Positions 12,601-25,470 of a stretch of DNA of 64,000 bases are shown here, piece by piece (positions within the stretch are counted from its first letter, which is position 1; each line of letters opens with the position of its first letter). The notes under the pieces were generated by a model. The model saw only the letters and a program-made list of their open reading frames with translations, was not told the DNA's origin and searched no databases. The stretch is from Gordius albopunctatus (Eukaryota), in the NCBI GenBank assembly GCA_964276515.1, contig OZ193909.1, positions 18,724,001-18,788,000 on the forward strand, given 5' to 3'. Position numbers and translations under genes: made by a program.

Positions 12601-15600
12601 GAAATCTGTGAAAAATTCAACTCTCGAAGTAAAACATATTCGCCAATTATTTTGCAATTTTTTTGCAATTTTTTTGATAATAATACTTAAATGGAATACA
12701 TTTTAATTAAGTAATTGCTATTAATTTTTGTAAATTCTTATATATGATACAAAATATAGAAATCATTTTGCTTTATCTGAATATTTTACACTTGCAACAC
12801 TTATTTGTATCATATTTATTTCATTAATTTTAAGTATGTAATAAATTTAATAATATATAAAAATATTTACGATATGATTACTCATCGTAAGATACCTAAT
12901 TAAGACATTGGAGTATTAACCACCCCTTTCTTATCTTTTCCCCGTAGCTTCTTACGGCATGGATGGCAAGCTTTTTTGATTTTACAAGTCAATAAGCTTC
13001 TCAAAAAATGTTTTCTCTGCCTTTTTCTATCCTTATCTCTTTTCGAAGCTCTATTTGAATATTTTTTTATTAATATAAGCTCCATCAATACAAAGAAAAG
13101 GAATGGAGAGTTAGGGCAAAATGCATAGCGCGATGAAACTTTCAGCAGCAATACATTTGTTTTGCAAATATAATAGACCTATTTAGACATGATAATCTAA
13201 TCATTTAATTAGTGATTATTTAAAGCAATTAAGAACCAGATTTTTTAAACGCATAGCCTCTAGGTATAGTAGAATACCATTTGAAAAACTAAATTTAAGA
13301 TCTTATCATATCATCATCATAAACTAAAATGGAAATTAGCCCGGGAAATTTGAAAGTTCCCAAGGTAATTTTACGGGAAAATTTTTCTCTTGTGTCATCT
13401 CTAGTTAAAAGTTATAACGAATAATAATTTTAGGTACAATCATTTTGTTATTAAGCATTTAGAATTTATATTTATGGCTCGTGGTTTTTAATTAATTTTA
13501 GTTTTTCTTCGAGTAGATTCTTCGATTTTGCCTAGAAGTAATTTGATATCCTTTTTTCGTAGCGAAAGTCAAGTTGCCGAAATATATATAAGCGTGATGA
13601 AAAGATTTCACCAAGCTCTATCCCAAGGTGGACCCGAAGGTCTGCTCAGGAGAAATCTGCTATCTAAACAGCAATACTTCGTTGACAAGTTGGTTGCAGT
13701 GGTTAGAGTCGTGGGCAAAGATAATTCAAATAGGTCGTTTTGTGTTTTTTTACAGATGGGTCGAGAAGCAGCTAATATTATTTTTCATTAATTTAACATA
13801 TTCAAGATATTCAACAACTTATTTATTGTTTAATTCTCTAAAATCCCTTTTTTTATATTGTCTACCCTGGACATTTGACCTTTATTCGTTTATTTTAATA
13901 GAGGATTAGCGATCTCACAATCTGATAGTTTACTTTTCCTTATTTTACCGTACTTAAAATATGTTAACATTTTTTATGCTAGTGAGGTCCTAAAATTATG
14001 TATATTTTTGTGTAAGCATTTTGCGGCGAAACACTTGTAGGTTTATTTTAAAAAGTTTTAAGATCATTATAGGGGCAATTTCTGGTTATGGAAGACTTTT
14101 ATAATTCTCTTTTGAAATATAAATGTTACAGTTATTAAAATTTAGCATGTATTCAAAGAGAAATTTATAAAGGACCATGAAGTCTCTTTATTTATTTAAT
14201 TTTTTTTTATATAAAGCTCAACTATCTTAGGTCAAGGTTACTCTAAATTATATTTTTATTTTTTAAAATATGCAATAGGAAAAAGAAGGTTGAACGGTTA
14301 CAAGGCTTATTGAGTGAAGCAAACGAACATACGAAACAATTAAATTTGTCTAAATTTGATCCTCTGCCTCTGCCATTAGATCCTGAAATAACCGTTGTAG
14401 GAATTATACCGGAAAAAACGACAATCTTTAAAAGCGCCCTCATGCCTTGCAAATTTACCTTCAAGTACCTTGGGAATTACATATATACTAGCTGACCCGG
14501 CACACGTTGTTTTGCTATATACATCATTTCTTGAAAATACTATAAGTGTTGTGCATGCTCATCGTTATGCCTTGATCATATAATGAGCGATTAAAAAATA
14601 ATTGTCCTATGGGAAAGAATTCACGATCTTAATGTAGGAAGAATTAACACGCTAAATACAAAATATAAACACATAAAGCAAAGTACATCAAAATTTTTAT
14701 TGCTTGGCTTTATATAAATATACTGTCAAATAAATTAATACATGCCTAAAGAATTATTTAATCTGTAAATTGCTACAGGTTTGGTTTTTTATCAAAGGTG
14801 CTAAAAGCATTTTTGGTCCTACCGCAAAATCACGATTCTGGCAAATGGCTAATTTCGGACTTCAATCAAAACCCCAACCCGCCCTGAAAATCTGTTTTAT
14901 TTTTGCGCCTGAACATATTTTAGCGGTCCAGCTTTTCCCTTATTTCGGCAAACTACAATTCTGCTTACATCAGCTTAGAAACTTTAGGTATATCATTGGC
15001 CGCAAACCGAGCTTTATTGCAATCTCATTGTTATCATGTTTTGCTGATATATTGTGTAGTTTAAGCCAACAGGTACCATTATAGACGTAGCCCGACCCTC
15101 TACCCTCAATTTGCCCTCCGTTAATTTTTACTATTATTGTACTTAAATTGCATAGCAAAGAATTTAGAAGAGCCTAATAAGGCCACACAAAGACAGCAAG
15201 TAGACAGGGGTTTAAGGGGCGGAGCTCCTTGAGTAAGGTTTAGAGGGGCAGCCCCAGCCGGAGTACAGGGGTGAAGCTTTTTGTTTGAATCTTTTTCTTC
15301 TTTATCAGGTATTTGGTCGCACGGTCGTGGGGTTTGTTTTGATAAGTTTCTTGCATCTTGACCGAGTGAGTGCCATGTCTTGACTACTCTTTAGTTTTCA
15401 TAACTTTATCGCCTGCCCGTTCCATTTTACACGGGGTCGGCCTCTTCCTCTCTTCTCCGGCACCTCCATGTCTATTACTTTTAGATTTAGGCCATTCGTG
15501 TCCCCCTTAGTATATGTTCATACCACCTTAACCGATTTTCGTTAATCATGTCCTCCATAGGTTGAATATTCATTTTTGTCATGAGAAAGTCATTCGTCAT

Positions 15601-18600
15601 ACGGTCGAGCTTAGCTTACCCCACGCTCCACCGTATAATTCTCATCTCTGTAGCTTTTATAAGCTTTCCTTGCCTGTTGTTTAATGCCGATGCTTATTAA
15701 TCAATTTTTAATTCCTTAATTAATTATCATAATGTCAAGTTCGACAAAAAATAAGGTTTTTTTAAACTCACTTTGTTGTTCACATGTATTCTATCTTTAT
15801 TTAATTATTTTAATATTCCACAGTCCAGGTTTAAAATGCTCCATAAAATGACCACTGTCTTACGTTAATTTGTATGAGTAGTTCGGCCCCAGGCGAAAAG
15901 CCATTTTTATTTTTGCACCCGAATCGAGCCTGGAGCAACATCATTAATCTCGGTTATTTCCGAAACATGCGAATATCCCCTAACTTCCTAAGCAAATCCT
16001 CCCTTTTGTTTAAAATATGCCTAGATATACAGCATTAAAAACTGAGATATTATGAGGGGTCATAAAAAAGCATTGCCCACAAACCTTACTTTGGCCAATA
16101 AGTTATTAGTGTACTTAGATAATTCATAAAAACTTAAAGCAACCGGTATAAGCTAAGCATGGACGTAGCCAAGCCCCCAAACATTCCTCCCCTGCTTAAA
16201 TTTCACAGCAAATGAAATGTTTTTCAACGAAGTGTAGAAGAGTTTAGGTTAAAGGCTCAACAAAAAACAACACGGGGCCCGGGGGCGCTACCTAACACCA
16301 AAGAACCGAAGACAATAACCTTGTTAGGGGCGGAGTCTTTCATAAAGCTCCGAAGAACTGAGATATATCAACATTTATTGGCACTTTGTTAAAAGTATTT
16401 TCATTTTTCTCCTTATTTAACGCGCAAGAAATGATAAAATGAGATTTTTAAATTTATTTAGCCACCCAGGAGGGGACACGACCGTCCTATAATAATAATA
16501 ATTGACGTGAAAAATAAGCAAAAAAATGACTTTGATTTAATGTTTAAAATCGTAAAAAGTTTCCATTTTCCGCAGCACATACCTACATTTATCACACTAC
16601 ACTACCTACACGCATGATGGTCTAGAAATAACTATAAATGATGATACACTCTTACTAAAGAACTGTATATTCAAATTTTCAAAGAACACGATAGATACGC
16701 AGTACGTCATGAGGTTGCATTTGATTGACATTTTATTAAACGTCAAAACGTATAAAACAAAATAACTTGACCGTCTTATCACTTAGAAAGTTGGAATATA
16801 GTTTAAAACCTAGGCTCAGACCTACTAAATATTCGCAGAAATTTCCATCACGTTTCGGAGGAGCTTAATAACAAACACCGTTTCACGAGAATTTTGTATA
16901 TTAGATGTTTATTCATAGAATGCTTGAGTAATTTTATTTGAGTGTACATTTCTATGTTGTTTGAATTTAAATTAGTAAAGTTTGGTATAGTCAAAAAAGT
17001 GAGAAAATATCATTTTGACGCTGATATATCATAATCATAGACTGATCATGCCATACCACCATTTTGAATTTGACAATCTCCCATCTGTTTCTGCAGTGTT
17101 CCCCATTTTTCAAACAGAGAAAGTGAATTTGCCTTATAAATAAAAAAGAATGCTAATAAATGATTATCTAATAAAATGCAGATGGTACCAAAGAGCTTCA
17201 ACATCACATCATCACAGTGTTTTTTATTTTTATGAATTGTGTAAATGGTATATATTTTAAAAGGCTGTTATTAACAGTTTCAATATTTTTTCATTACGTT
17301 GTCAAAAACAACTTGAAATCGCTATAATTTATATATATTCTTTCCTTATTTGTGCACTTTTAAAAATGTCGCAAATACGGTGGTACACACGTTGATGAGC
17401 GCTCTGTAGAGTCGTTAAATTGCTAACTTTCTTAAAACTCCAGACGCGAACACGCACACTGAGTTGCTTAATATGCGCGTTAGCACAATATGTGGTAGAA
17501 CAGTAGCATATAAAAATGCTCGAGGGCCGAGCAGAAACTAGAGCAGATGGTAGCTGGAGTTGAAGAGAGTTAGCAATTTAACAACTCTAGCGGTCTGTAT
17601 AGTCTATGATTATAATATACACTATTAATTTAATAGAATAGCTAATGCTGCTGATTCTTACCTTTACACTTTATAATGTAACCTAGGTCGTCATAAGGAA
17701 GATTATCTTTTCATACATAGATTTAACATTTATTTATTCAACAAATTCAAGAACTTTAAGTTTTTTAATACTTATGCCTGACATGGATTCCCACACCCCT
17801 TGCTAAATAGTTGACAGCTGTTAGTCAGTCAATTGAATTATTATTAGCTAAGTATATTATTATTATTAGAAATAAAGATGCTAATAAATTTACTAAATTA
17901 AGATTTATTAAGGGACAGGAGAGGGGACATTAGAGCCCTGCAAAGTCACATTTTTTCAACCCGAACCCGACCCGAAAGCGTTTTTAATTTTTCAACCCGA
18001 CCCGACCCGAAAGCGTTTTTAATTATTCAACCCTACCCGACCCGAAAGCGTTTTTAATTTTTCAACCCGACCCGACCCGAAATCGTTTTTAATTTTTCAA
18101 CCCGAACCCGACTCGACCCGAAAGCGTAAAAAAAATTTTCAACCCAAAAACGACCAGACACGAAAACATGTTGATCATCTAACAAAGTCTATTTTCTTGT
18201 CATTTTCGTCATATATGAAATCGAATAATTGCCAAACCTTGGATTTACCCACCAAATTCTTTTCCACTCTATAAATTTTATTGTCAATCAGCTTCTGTAA
18301 TTTATGTGGATCCATAATAATTCACTTAATTAATAATAAATATTATAGTTATTACATGTATTTTACCTATGTAGAGTTTGAAATTGGCCAGATACAAAAA
18401 TAAGAAGTGAATTACAAGGAAATCAATTAAATGAATGAATGAGATTAATTAATGATACATTTCGATATTAATTAAAAAATGTTTTATATGTAATAGCATT
18501 AATTTGAAAGATATGTTTGTTATGCAATATAAGATTTATAACCTTTAACCCGACCCGACCCGAAAGCGTTTTAAATTTTTCAACCCGACCCGACCCGAGT

Positions 18601-21600
18601 TTCGGGTCACCCATGCAGGGCTCTAGGGGACATACAGTATGTATAAAACAAAGTTTTTAAGACAAAAGAAAATAAAAAGATAAAAACATATAGTTTTTAC
18701 CCACTCAGCTTTGCCTCATAATATTAAAATATTTAATTATGGCAATAATATAATCTGTGGAAAATGATATACAAATAAAAGTTATACTAAATTACACTAT
18801 TTTTCTTTCACGTATTCCCACACATACGAAAATTATATATAACCATGTTGAGTTAATATTTCACACTCTCACCCAGTTTGGTTATTATTTTTTTGATTGA
18901 AAATTCACTATTATAAAGTAAAAGAACAAATACAAAATTATCGATAAAATCAAAAATAAATGATTTAAGTTGATATTTTCTTCCCTTTTAAATCTACCAG
19001 GACCGCAGACCGTGGGGAGTACCAGCTTATATTTAAGCACGGGGACGATCTTAGACAGGATCAACTCATTCTACAAATCGTTAAATTGATGGACAAAATA
19101 TTGAGGCAAGAAAATTTGGATTTGAAATTGACCGCCTATCGCGTTTTAGCCACCTCGACAAGGCACGGTCTCGTTCAATTCATAGAATCTCATTCTATAG
19201 CCGAAGTGAAATATTCACATCATCCTTGCTTGCTTTTTGATTGTTTAGATTTATCATATATGTGTGTTAATTATAGCTTAAAAGTTTTTTGCAATTTAGC
19301 TTATTTTATGTAATTTTAGCTGTTTATATTTATATAAACTCGTTAGTTTTCGATGGTCGAGATAAAAGTTAAGGTAAAATTGGAGAGTCTGTTAATATCA
19401 ATATTTTTATCGATTTAATTAATTGATATTTCTCTCGCATAGATTTTAGGGAATCAGGGTAGTATTCAGAATTATTTCCGGCATTACGCACCTTCAGAAA
19501 AAGGTCCACACGGCATAAAACCGCAAGTTATGGATAATTACATCAAAAGTTGCGCTGGGTATTGCGTTATAACCTATATTTTGGGTATCGGAGATCGGCA
19601 CTTTGATAATCTACTCATCACCAAAACGGGTATATAGAATTAGTAATATTGTTAAAGTTTTATTGGAGCTTTTTTTTGTATATAATTTTAGGCTAAAGTG
19701 AGGAACTTATCATAGCATGCTCGTTTTAATTAGTGTTGTGGCTGATTGTTTACGAGAGTATACAAAGTTTTCGAGTTGTAGTATTCTAAGTTGTTTGTAT
19801 AAGCTGGAAACCATATTGAATTATGTAGGGACGAAACTTGTTGAAGCTTTGCAATGGGCTAAATAATATATAGTTAACAGTATTCGCTATTAAAAAGGAT
19901 ACCGAGAAATGCGTCTCTTTTAAACATAAATAAAGGGCCATTCCATGTCGATTCGTCAAAAAAAAAGACGATTTTCGACCGACCATATCAGATAGGGCTA
20001 ATTTTTTGTGAGGATTTAGACCTCATATAAAATAACATTTTCTGAAAATTTGAGCCATTTTGGGCTAATACTTTTTGAGTTATGGACGCTCAAATGGCCA
20101 AAATCACGCTTGGGCGTGTTTTACAAATTTCACTATTTTCGACATATCTTCAAAAGTATTGCCGCTAGCTTCGTAAATTTTGCTGTATTTTAATCCTAAT
20201 AAAATTCTCTATCAGAAAAATGTAACATAAAACCGCAAACTTTTGTGGTTAGTGTTTTGTGGTCAAATTAGTGGAAAACTAAAAAAACCACCTTCTCTGT
20301 TATATATTATCACCAAATTTGCTATGGGGACTCCTTTATGCTTATTTATCAAATTTCAAATTTAAAAAGTTTGGGCACGGCTATGAGTTAGTTGATAAAT
20401 AGAAAATTCACAAATAAATTAAAAATATTTCTAGATGGCGGTATAATCAAATATTAAGGAATATAAATTTTAACCATGACACAAAGCAATTGATCGGATT
20501 GTAATTTATACCTAAATAATAAAGGTTTAAGGTATCTCTTACTTCAAACATAGATGAATTCATTCATTAATGAATGGCAACTGCCATGCTTTTTATTGCC
20601 TATGAAATAGCATATGGCAAGTCATCCAGCTTACTATAATTTAATAATTAATTACCACATGTGCAACAGCGTTATTGATTTAAAAACAAGATCGGTTTCA
20701 TAAATTTTAAACGATTTAGCGGAAAACTATAGTTTTGTAGTGCAAGACGCGGCTCAGGCATATCATTGGACCAATGTCCAGGCCACCATACATCCCTTCG
20801 TTGCTTACTATAAAACGGACAATGAATTAAAATGTGTAACCTTCATTATGATATCCGAATGTCAGCATCATAACACGACCAGCTATAGTGCTTTTCAAAA
20901 TCGTTTCATAAAATTTTTATTAAAAGAGCTCGATTTTCAACCAAAAAATTTTTACTATTTTTCCGATGGATCGGCCGCTCAATATAAAAATAGAAAGAAT
21001 ACAATTAATTTATGTCATCACATTGATGATTATGGGATCAAGGCAGAATGGCATTTTTTGCAACTTCTCATGGAAAAAGTCCTTGCGATGGTGCTGCCGG
21101 TACTTTAAAACGTTTGGCTTATAAGGCTAGTTTGCAAAGACCATTCGAAAATCAAATAACATAGCCTTTCGAATTGTTTGAATGGGCGAAAAGTAGTTTT
21201 GCTAATATAAGTTTTGTTATATGACGAATGAGGAGTTTAAACAAGAGGAATTGAAACTTACCTCTCGATTCAATCGAGCAAAACCTATTTCTGGGATGCA
21301 AAAGCTACATGCTTCAATACCCATTGACAGAAAGATAATTAAAACAAAGACGTATTCTAATTCAAGTGAATATTTTGAGGAAGAAATTCAAATAGCGAAT
21401 GAAATTGATTTTGAAAATCTAAATGGTTACGTGGCATGTAGATACCAGAATAAATGGTGGTTAGCCTTAATTGTAGACAAGGATCTAATAAACGAATATA
21501 TTGTCGCTCATCTTTTACATCCTAATGGTCCGGCAAAATCTTTTTTTTTCCCGTCTAAATTAAATAAAGTTAAGCTCAAAAAATCAGATGTTATACTCAA

Positions 21601-23987
21601 AGTGTCTCCATACACAATCACCGGACGCATTTATACGCTTAACACGGAAGAAATGAATTTGGTTACAGCACAACACAAAATAATTTAGTGAAAATCGAAA
21701 TTAATTTAATTATTGCGCATTATCATTATTTAAATAAAATCTATATAATAAAAGAATATTTATTGATTTATTATTGCGTCATCTTATATTTAGTCAAAGC
21801 AAACTCTTTTTCATATCTCTAAACGGTAAACAATATTTGAAGAAAGAGATACTTTTAACCTTTATTATTTAAGGTATAAATTACAATCCGATCAATTGCT
21901 TTGTGCTAAGTAGGTGTTTTAAAAATTTTCCTTTAATTATATCCCAAAATGATTTATTTATCAAACAATTCTTTATATGGCCCTTTCGTAATAAAATATG
22001 GTTAAAATTTATATTCCTTAATATTTGATTATACCGCCATCTAGAAATATTTTTAATTTATTTGTGAATTTTCTATTTATCAACCAACTCATAGCCGTGC
22101 CCAAACTTTTTAAATTTGAAATTTGATAACTAAGCATAAAGGAGTCCCCATAGCAAATTTGGTGATAATATATAACAGAGAAGGTGGTTTTTTTAGTTTT
22201 CCACTAATTTGACCACAAAACACTAACCACAAAAGTTTGCGGTTTTATGTCACATTTTTCTGATAGAGAATTTTATTAGGATTAAAATACAGCAAAATTT
22301 ACGAAGCTAGCGGCAATACTTTTGAAGATATGTCGAAAATAGTGAAATTTGTAAAACACGCCCAAGCGTGATTTTGGCCATTTGAGCGTCCATAACTCAA
22401 AAAGTATTAGCCCAAAATGGCTCAAATTTCCAGAAAATGTTATTTCATATGAGGTCTAAATCCTCACAAAAAATTAGCCCTATCTGAGATGGTCGGTCGA
22501 AAACGTTTTGATTTGTCATTATCGACATCAAAAATTACAATTTCAGACAGAAGCTCATAATAGGACTTAAAAGCTTTTGCTATTAATAAAAAGGGATTGA
22601 TAAATTTATACCTTACTAATAAATAAATAAATAATTTTTAGTCATTATGTAATACTTTATAAGTATATATTATATGTTAACCACTGGTAAAAAGGTATTT
22701 TGTGTGATTTCATCACTCTTATTTTGTCTCCTCGAGATGGATCCCTATAGCCTGAAATAGAATTCCTTTCCCCCCTCTACTTATTTTATCAAACAAATAT
22801 AGTTACAAATGCAATGTGTAAATAACGAATATTTAAGGTAAACTATTTCACATCGATTTCGGGTACATTCTCGGCCGAGATCCTAAACCCATGCCCCCGC
22901 CCATGAAACTGAGCAAGGAGATGGTCGAGGCCATGGGTGGCCCAACTTCGCCTCAATACGCCGATTTCAAAAAGTTGTGTTATACGGCTTTCCTTCACCT
23001 CAGGCGACATGCTAATTTGATCATGAATCTCTTTTCACTCATGGTCGACGCAAACATACCCGACATTGCCTTAGAACCCGATAAAACGGCTAAAAAAGTT
23101 TTCATTTTATCACTCCTGTTTTCCGCTTTAGTTTAACTTGTGCTTGCCATTTTAGTTTCTGGGTTTAATATTTTGACTTGAATGTTTGTGGAAACGGAAT
23201 ATATGGTATTGAGCCTTTACAAATTGAGTTAGTGTTTATTTGTGTTCTCGGGACTGGAAAATGAATTTTTGGAGTGTATATCTCGGACATGGGCATAGCC
23301 AGTGAGGCACTCTCTAAATCCAAAAATTTTCTGAAATTCGATAAAATTTCAGCAAATGAGCATTTTTATCCTCCTTAAATCATTATTGCCCCCCTCAAAT
23401 CCCATTGCTAGTTACGCCCATGATCTCGGATTTAATGTTTTTAATTTAATCTTATAATTGTTGCTAAAAGGAATTGATTGAAAGTTTAAAAGCACAAGCT
23501 CCATAGCAAAAATTGCATTATTAGTTTTGCTTGAGTAGCTACGAATTATAGCATAGTTGTTATATAATCATAGACACTTATTCGGTTGCCGAACCTATTA
23601 GGTATTTAGTCCAATTAGTATTACACATACCAACTTTCACTTGTCTCTAAAAATTTATAATGTTTTTAAGGTTTTTTTAAAGGGTTTCTGATGCATTATT
23701 TGAAGCGATAAGTCTTTAGGGGGGGGGGCATTAAGGTAGTCAATCTAAGTATGCTTCTGTATTTATATTCTCAATAATATACTATTACAACAGATTGAAA
23801 CTCGAGCTAGCTACTTCTTAATAGCGTATTTATATTACTTTGTAAGGTGTACGAAAAATTTCGCCTAGATCTAACGGACGAAGAAGCCGTGTGTTACATG
23901 CAAAATTTAATAGATCTGAGCGTGTCTGCGGTGATGGCAGCGCTGGTAGAACAAATCCACAAAATAGCCCAATATTGGAGAAAATAA
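3636..23987 (+). CDS. PIK3C3: Phosphatidylinositol 3-kinase catalytic subunit type 3 (Vps34), 15 coding exons
   Basis: GT-AG, phase-consistent exons: 3636-3840, 3876-3991, 4027-4102, 4140-4266, 4330-4559, 5124-5301, 5722-5826, 6393-6498, 7042-7442, 13563-13733, 14279-14464, 19001-19205, 19443-19629, 22838-23097, 23847-23987. Motifs: [75 protein letters not shown] and C-terminal AQYWRK-stop. Confidence 0.97.
4843..5053. mobile_element. hAT-type MITE (TAGTGTTGTAA TIR family)
   Basis: TIR TAGTGTTGTAA...TTACAACACTA with 7/8-matching TSD (CTCTCTAC/GTCTCTAC); related decayed copies near 30515, 32495, 34408 and 35452. Confidence 0.7.
5320..5494. mobile_element. MITE of the CATGGGCGTAGCC TIR family with G/C tracts and an internal 24-bp tandem repeat
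   Basis: CATGGGTGTAGCCA...TGGCTATGCCCATG; same family as 23288, 36380, 39084 and 60068. Confidence 0.65.
7810..8012. mobile_element. hAT MITE (TAGAGTTGTTAAATTGCTAA TIR family), copy 1
   Basis: About 30-bp TIRs and perfect 8-bp TSD GCAGGAGC; near-identical copies at 17407 and 59742. Confidence 0.85.
8040..9470 (-). mobile_element. Decayed CRE-like (restriction-like endonuclease) non-LTR retrotransposon
   Basis: Remnants of LDFQNA-like and [10 protein letters not shown] motifs plus [12 protein letters not shown]...HPLGC...RH zinc-knuckle region; many frameshifts and stops. Confidence 0.7.
9490..10840 (+). mobile_element. Second decayed CRE-like LINE, inverted relative to 8040-9470
   Basis: YLDD-like motif at ~9743; [25 protein letters not shown] at 10560-10640 is homologous to the minus-strand copy. 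Confidence 0.65.
10845..11030 (+). pseudogene. Gypsy RNase H fragment
   Basis: Translates as [32 protein letters not shown], similar to the RNase H region of the element at 1-3034. Confidence 0.65.
11089..11994 (-). mobile_element. 5'-truncated CRE-like LINE flanked by a ~57-bp direct repeat
   Basis: [32 protein letters not shown] and [12 protein letters not shown] match the C-terminus of the 56-58 kb element; direct repeats at 11032-11088 and 11995-12051. Confidence 0.75.
12100..12660 (+). pseudogene. PIF/Harbinger (HARBI1-like) DDE transposase remnant
   Basis: [32 protein letters not shown] and [10 protein letters not shown]...[11 protein letters not shown]; frameshifted and internally deleted. 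Confidence 0.8.
14488..16905 (-). mobile_element. Non-autonomous Helitron-like element with nested fragments
   Basis: Minus strand begins A|TCTAATATAC at 16905 and ends CTAG|T at 14488; its ~200-bp 3' module is shared with 43300-43489. Confidence 0.55.
15340..15690 (-). pseudogene. RTE LINE 3' fragment
   Basis: [12 protein letters not shown]...[12 protein letters not shown]...ENRLRWYEH...EVPEKRG(R)GRPRVKW, similar to the 3' end of the RTE ORF at 45467-45900. Confidence 0.7.
17407..17589. mobile_element. hAT MITE (TAGAGTTGTTAAATTGCTAA family), copy 2
   Basis: Same TIRs and body as 7810-8012; 7/8 TSD GCGCTCTG/GCGGTCTG. Confidence 0.8.
17931..18625. mobile_element. hAT MITE with subterminal ACCCG repeats (TAGAGCCCTGCA TIR)
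   Basis: TIR TAGAGCCCTGCA...TGCAGGGCTCTA, perfect 8-bp TSD GGGGACAT, ~38-bp tandem repeats at 17950-18130; shorter relatives at 29808-29994, 32069-32153 and 34609-34743. Confidence 0.85.
19935..22530 (+). mobile_element. Sola2-like DNA transposon with ~550-600-bp TIRs and a defective transposase
   Basis: 19970-20550 is an inverted repeat of 21840-22505 (right arm carries an insertion); left end starts GGG; internal frameshifted transposase [16 protein letters not shown]...[11 protein letters not shown]...[18 protein letters not shown] (20710-21688). Superfamily assignment is from recalled motifs and TIR length. Confidence 0.7.
23288..23422. mobile_element. MITE, CATGGGCGTAGCC family
   Basis: TIRs with perfect 8-bp TSD ATCTCGGA. 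Confidence 0.8.
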
Positions 23988-25470
23988 ATATACCTCTATT
24001 TATCGCATCTATAATGCTATCAAAATCAAATGTTTTTATACGCGCATCGATCTTTATTTATACAAGTGTTTGCGAAAATTAACCTTGTTAATGATAAAAG
24101 CATATTATTTATTACTCATTTTTAGTTCAGCAGGAGATCTAACTCCAGTATTAACATTTCATGGTGTTGCAACAAGAATCTTTTGACTTGTTCTGCAATC
24201 AATTGAACAGTGTCATATCCTGAGAATCCATGTATTTTTTAAAAAATGGCTAATAAAAATGGGTTTATTGCTATATGGACGAGAATTATACACATAATTT
24301 GGGTTAAAATCTCTCTAAAATTAAGCTCCTTTTAGCCTTGTATCCACTATAAATATTTCTTTTGTGAGAGATATAATTAAAATAAATTACTTAAAAGTTC
24401 TTAATTAAAGACCTTTAATAGTACATTTCCCATAATTTCTTAAATTAATATAATTTTTGCCCTAAAAATTTACAATATAAAAGACAAAAATTATTATACT
24501 AATATAACAATCAACTTTCTTTAACCTAATGACCTCAATTATCATGCGGCTGATAGATTTGTATATGTATTTATTTCCTTTTAAAAAATTGTCCAAATGC
24601 ATAATAGCTAGAAAAATCTTTTTCGAATTAAAGATGAGACTTGTTTCTTTAAGAATATGTTTATATTTGATATATATTTCAAAAAGCTTTTATTTTTATT
24701 TTGACGTAATTTTAAATAGTTAGCTATTTCGTTTCAACATTTTTTCATTAAATTTATTTTCAACAAATTATGACATTGATTTTTAAGCATGTTGATTTCG
24801 ATGTAACCTAAAATTTTGATGCCATCTACACATTAAATATATTTTAACTAATTCTCATATTTTTATATTAAGCTTTAGCCCATTAAGCATATAGCGTCGA
24901 GTGCATGTTGAATATCCAAACTTTGTGCTATTATAAATATTAAAAATAATGCTACCAACTCTACACTTTAAATGTGAGCATTAGTTTTAAATATAACAAT
25001 TGTTTTTCAAGTTAGATTACTTTTTATATTAAAGATAGAGAAAAAACAATTTAAAACGCACGCGAGGCATAGTTTATTAACGCCCGTGTGAATACAATTA
25101 CCCGCCACGCGCGTTGGTAGGTTAAGAGGGGTACAATTCGGGAGATTTGTAAATATTATGGGTTATTATTGGTTGGTTTGAGTATAACATAATGGGTAAG
25201 TAGAGTTTGGTTTACTGCACAAAAAACACATTCTGTCATGCTCATATAAATACGTCCAAATGTCTAACAATGATAGATATAATAATACGGTATTTTGTGT
25301 CAATTGCGATCGGGTTTCATCACAATACTTGTGTTGGGATAATTCTGATAAAGACTAAAACACATCGCAAATCCTTTGGAACAGGGTTTTGTAATGTCCT
25401 ATAAGGCTTTAAGAGAAATTGATGGGTTTTAATCATATCACAAATAAACAAGGGAGCTAGAGATTCGAAT

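Noticed and set aside
17950..18140. Regularly spaced ACCCGACCCGAAAGCG repeats as a CRISPR array
   Set aside because: The spacers are identical rather than unique, the context is a eukaryotic intron, and the repeats lie inside a TIR/TSD-bounded MITE.
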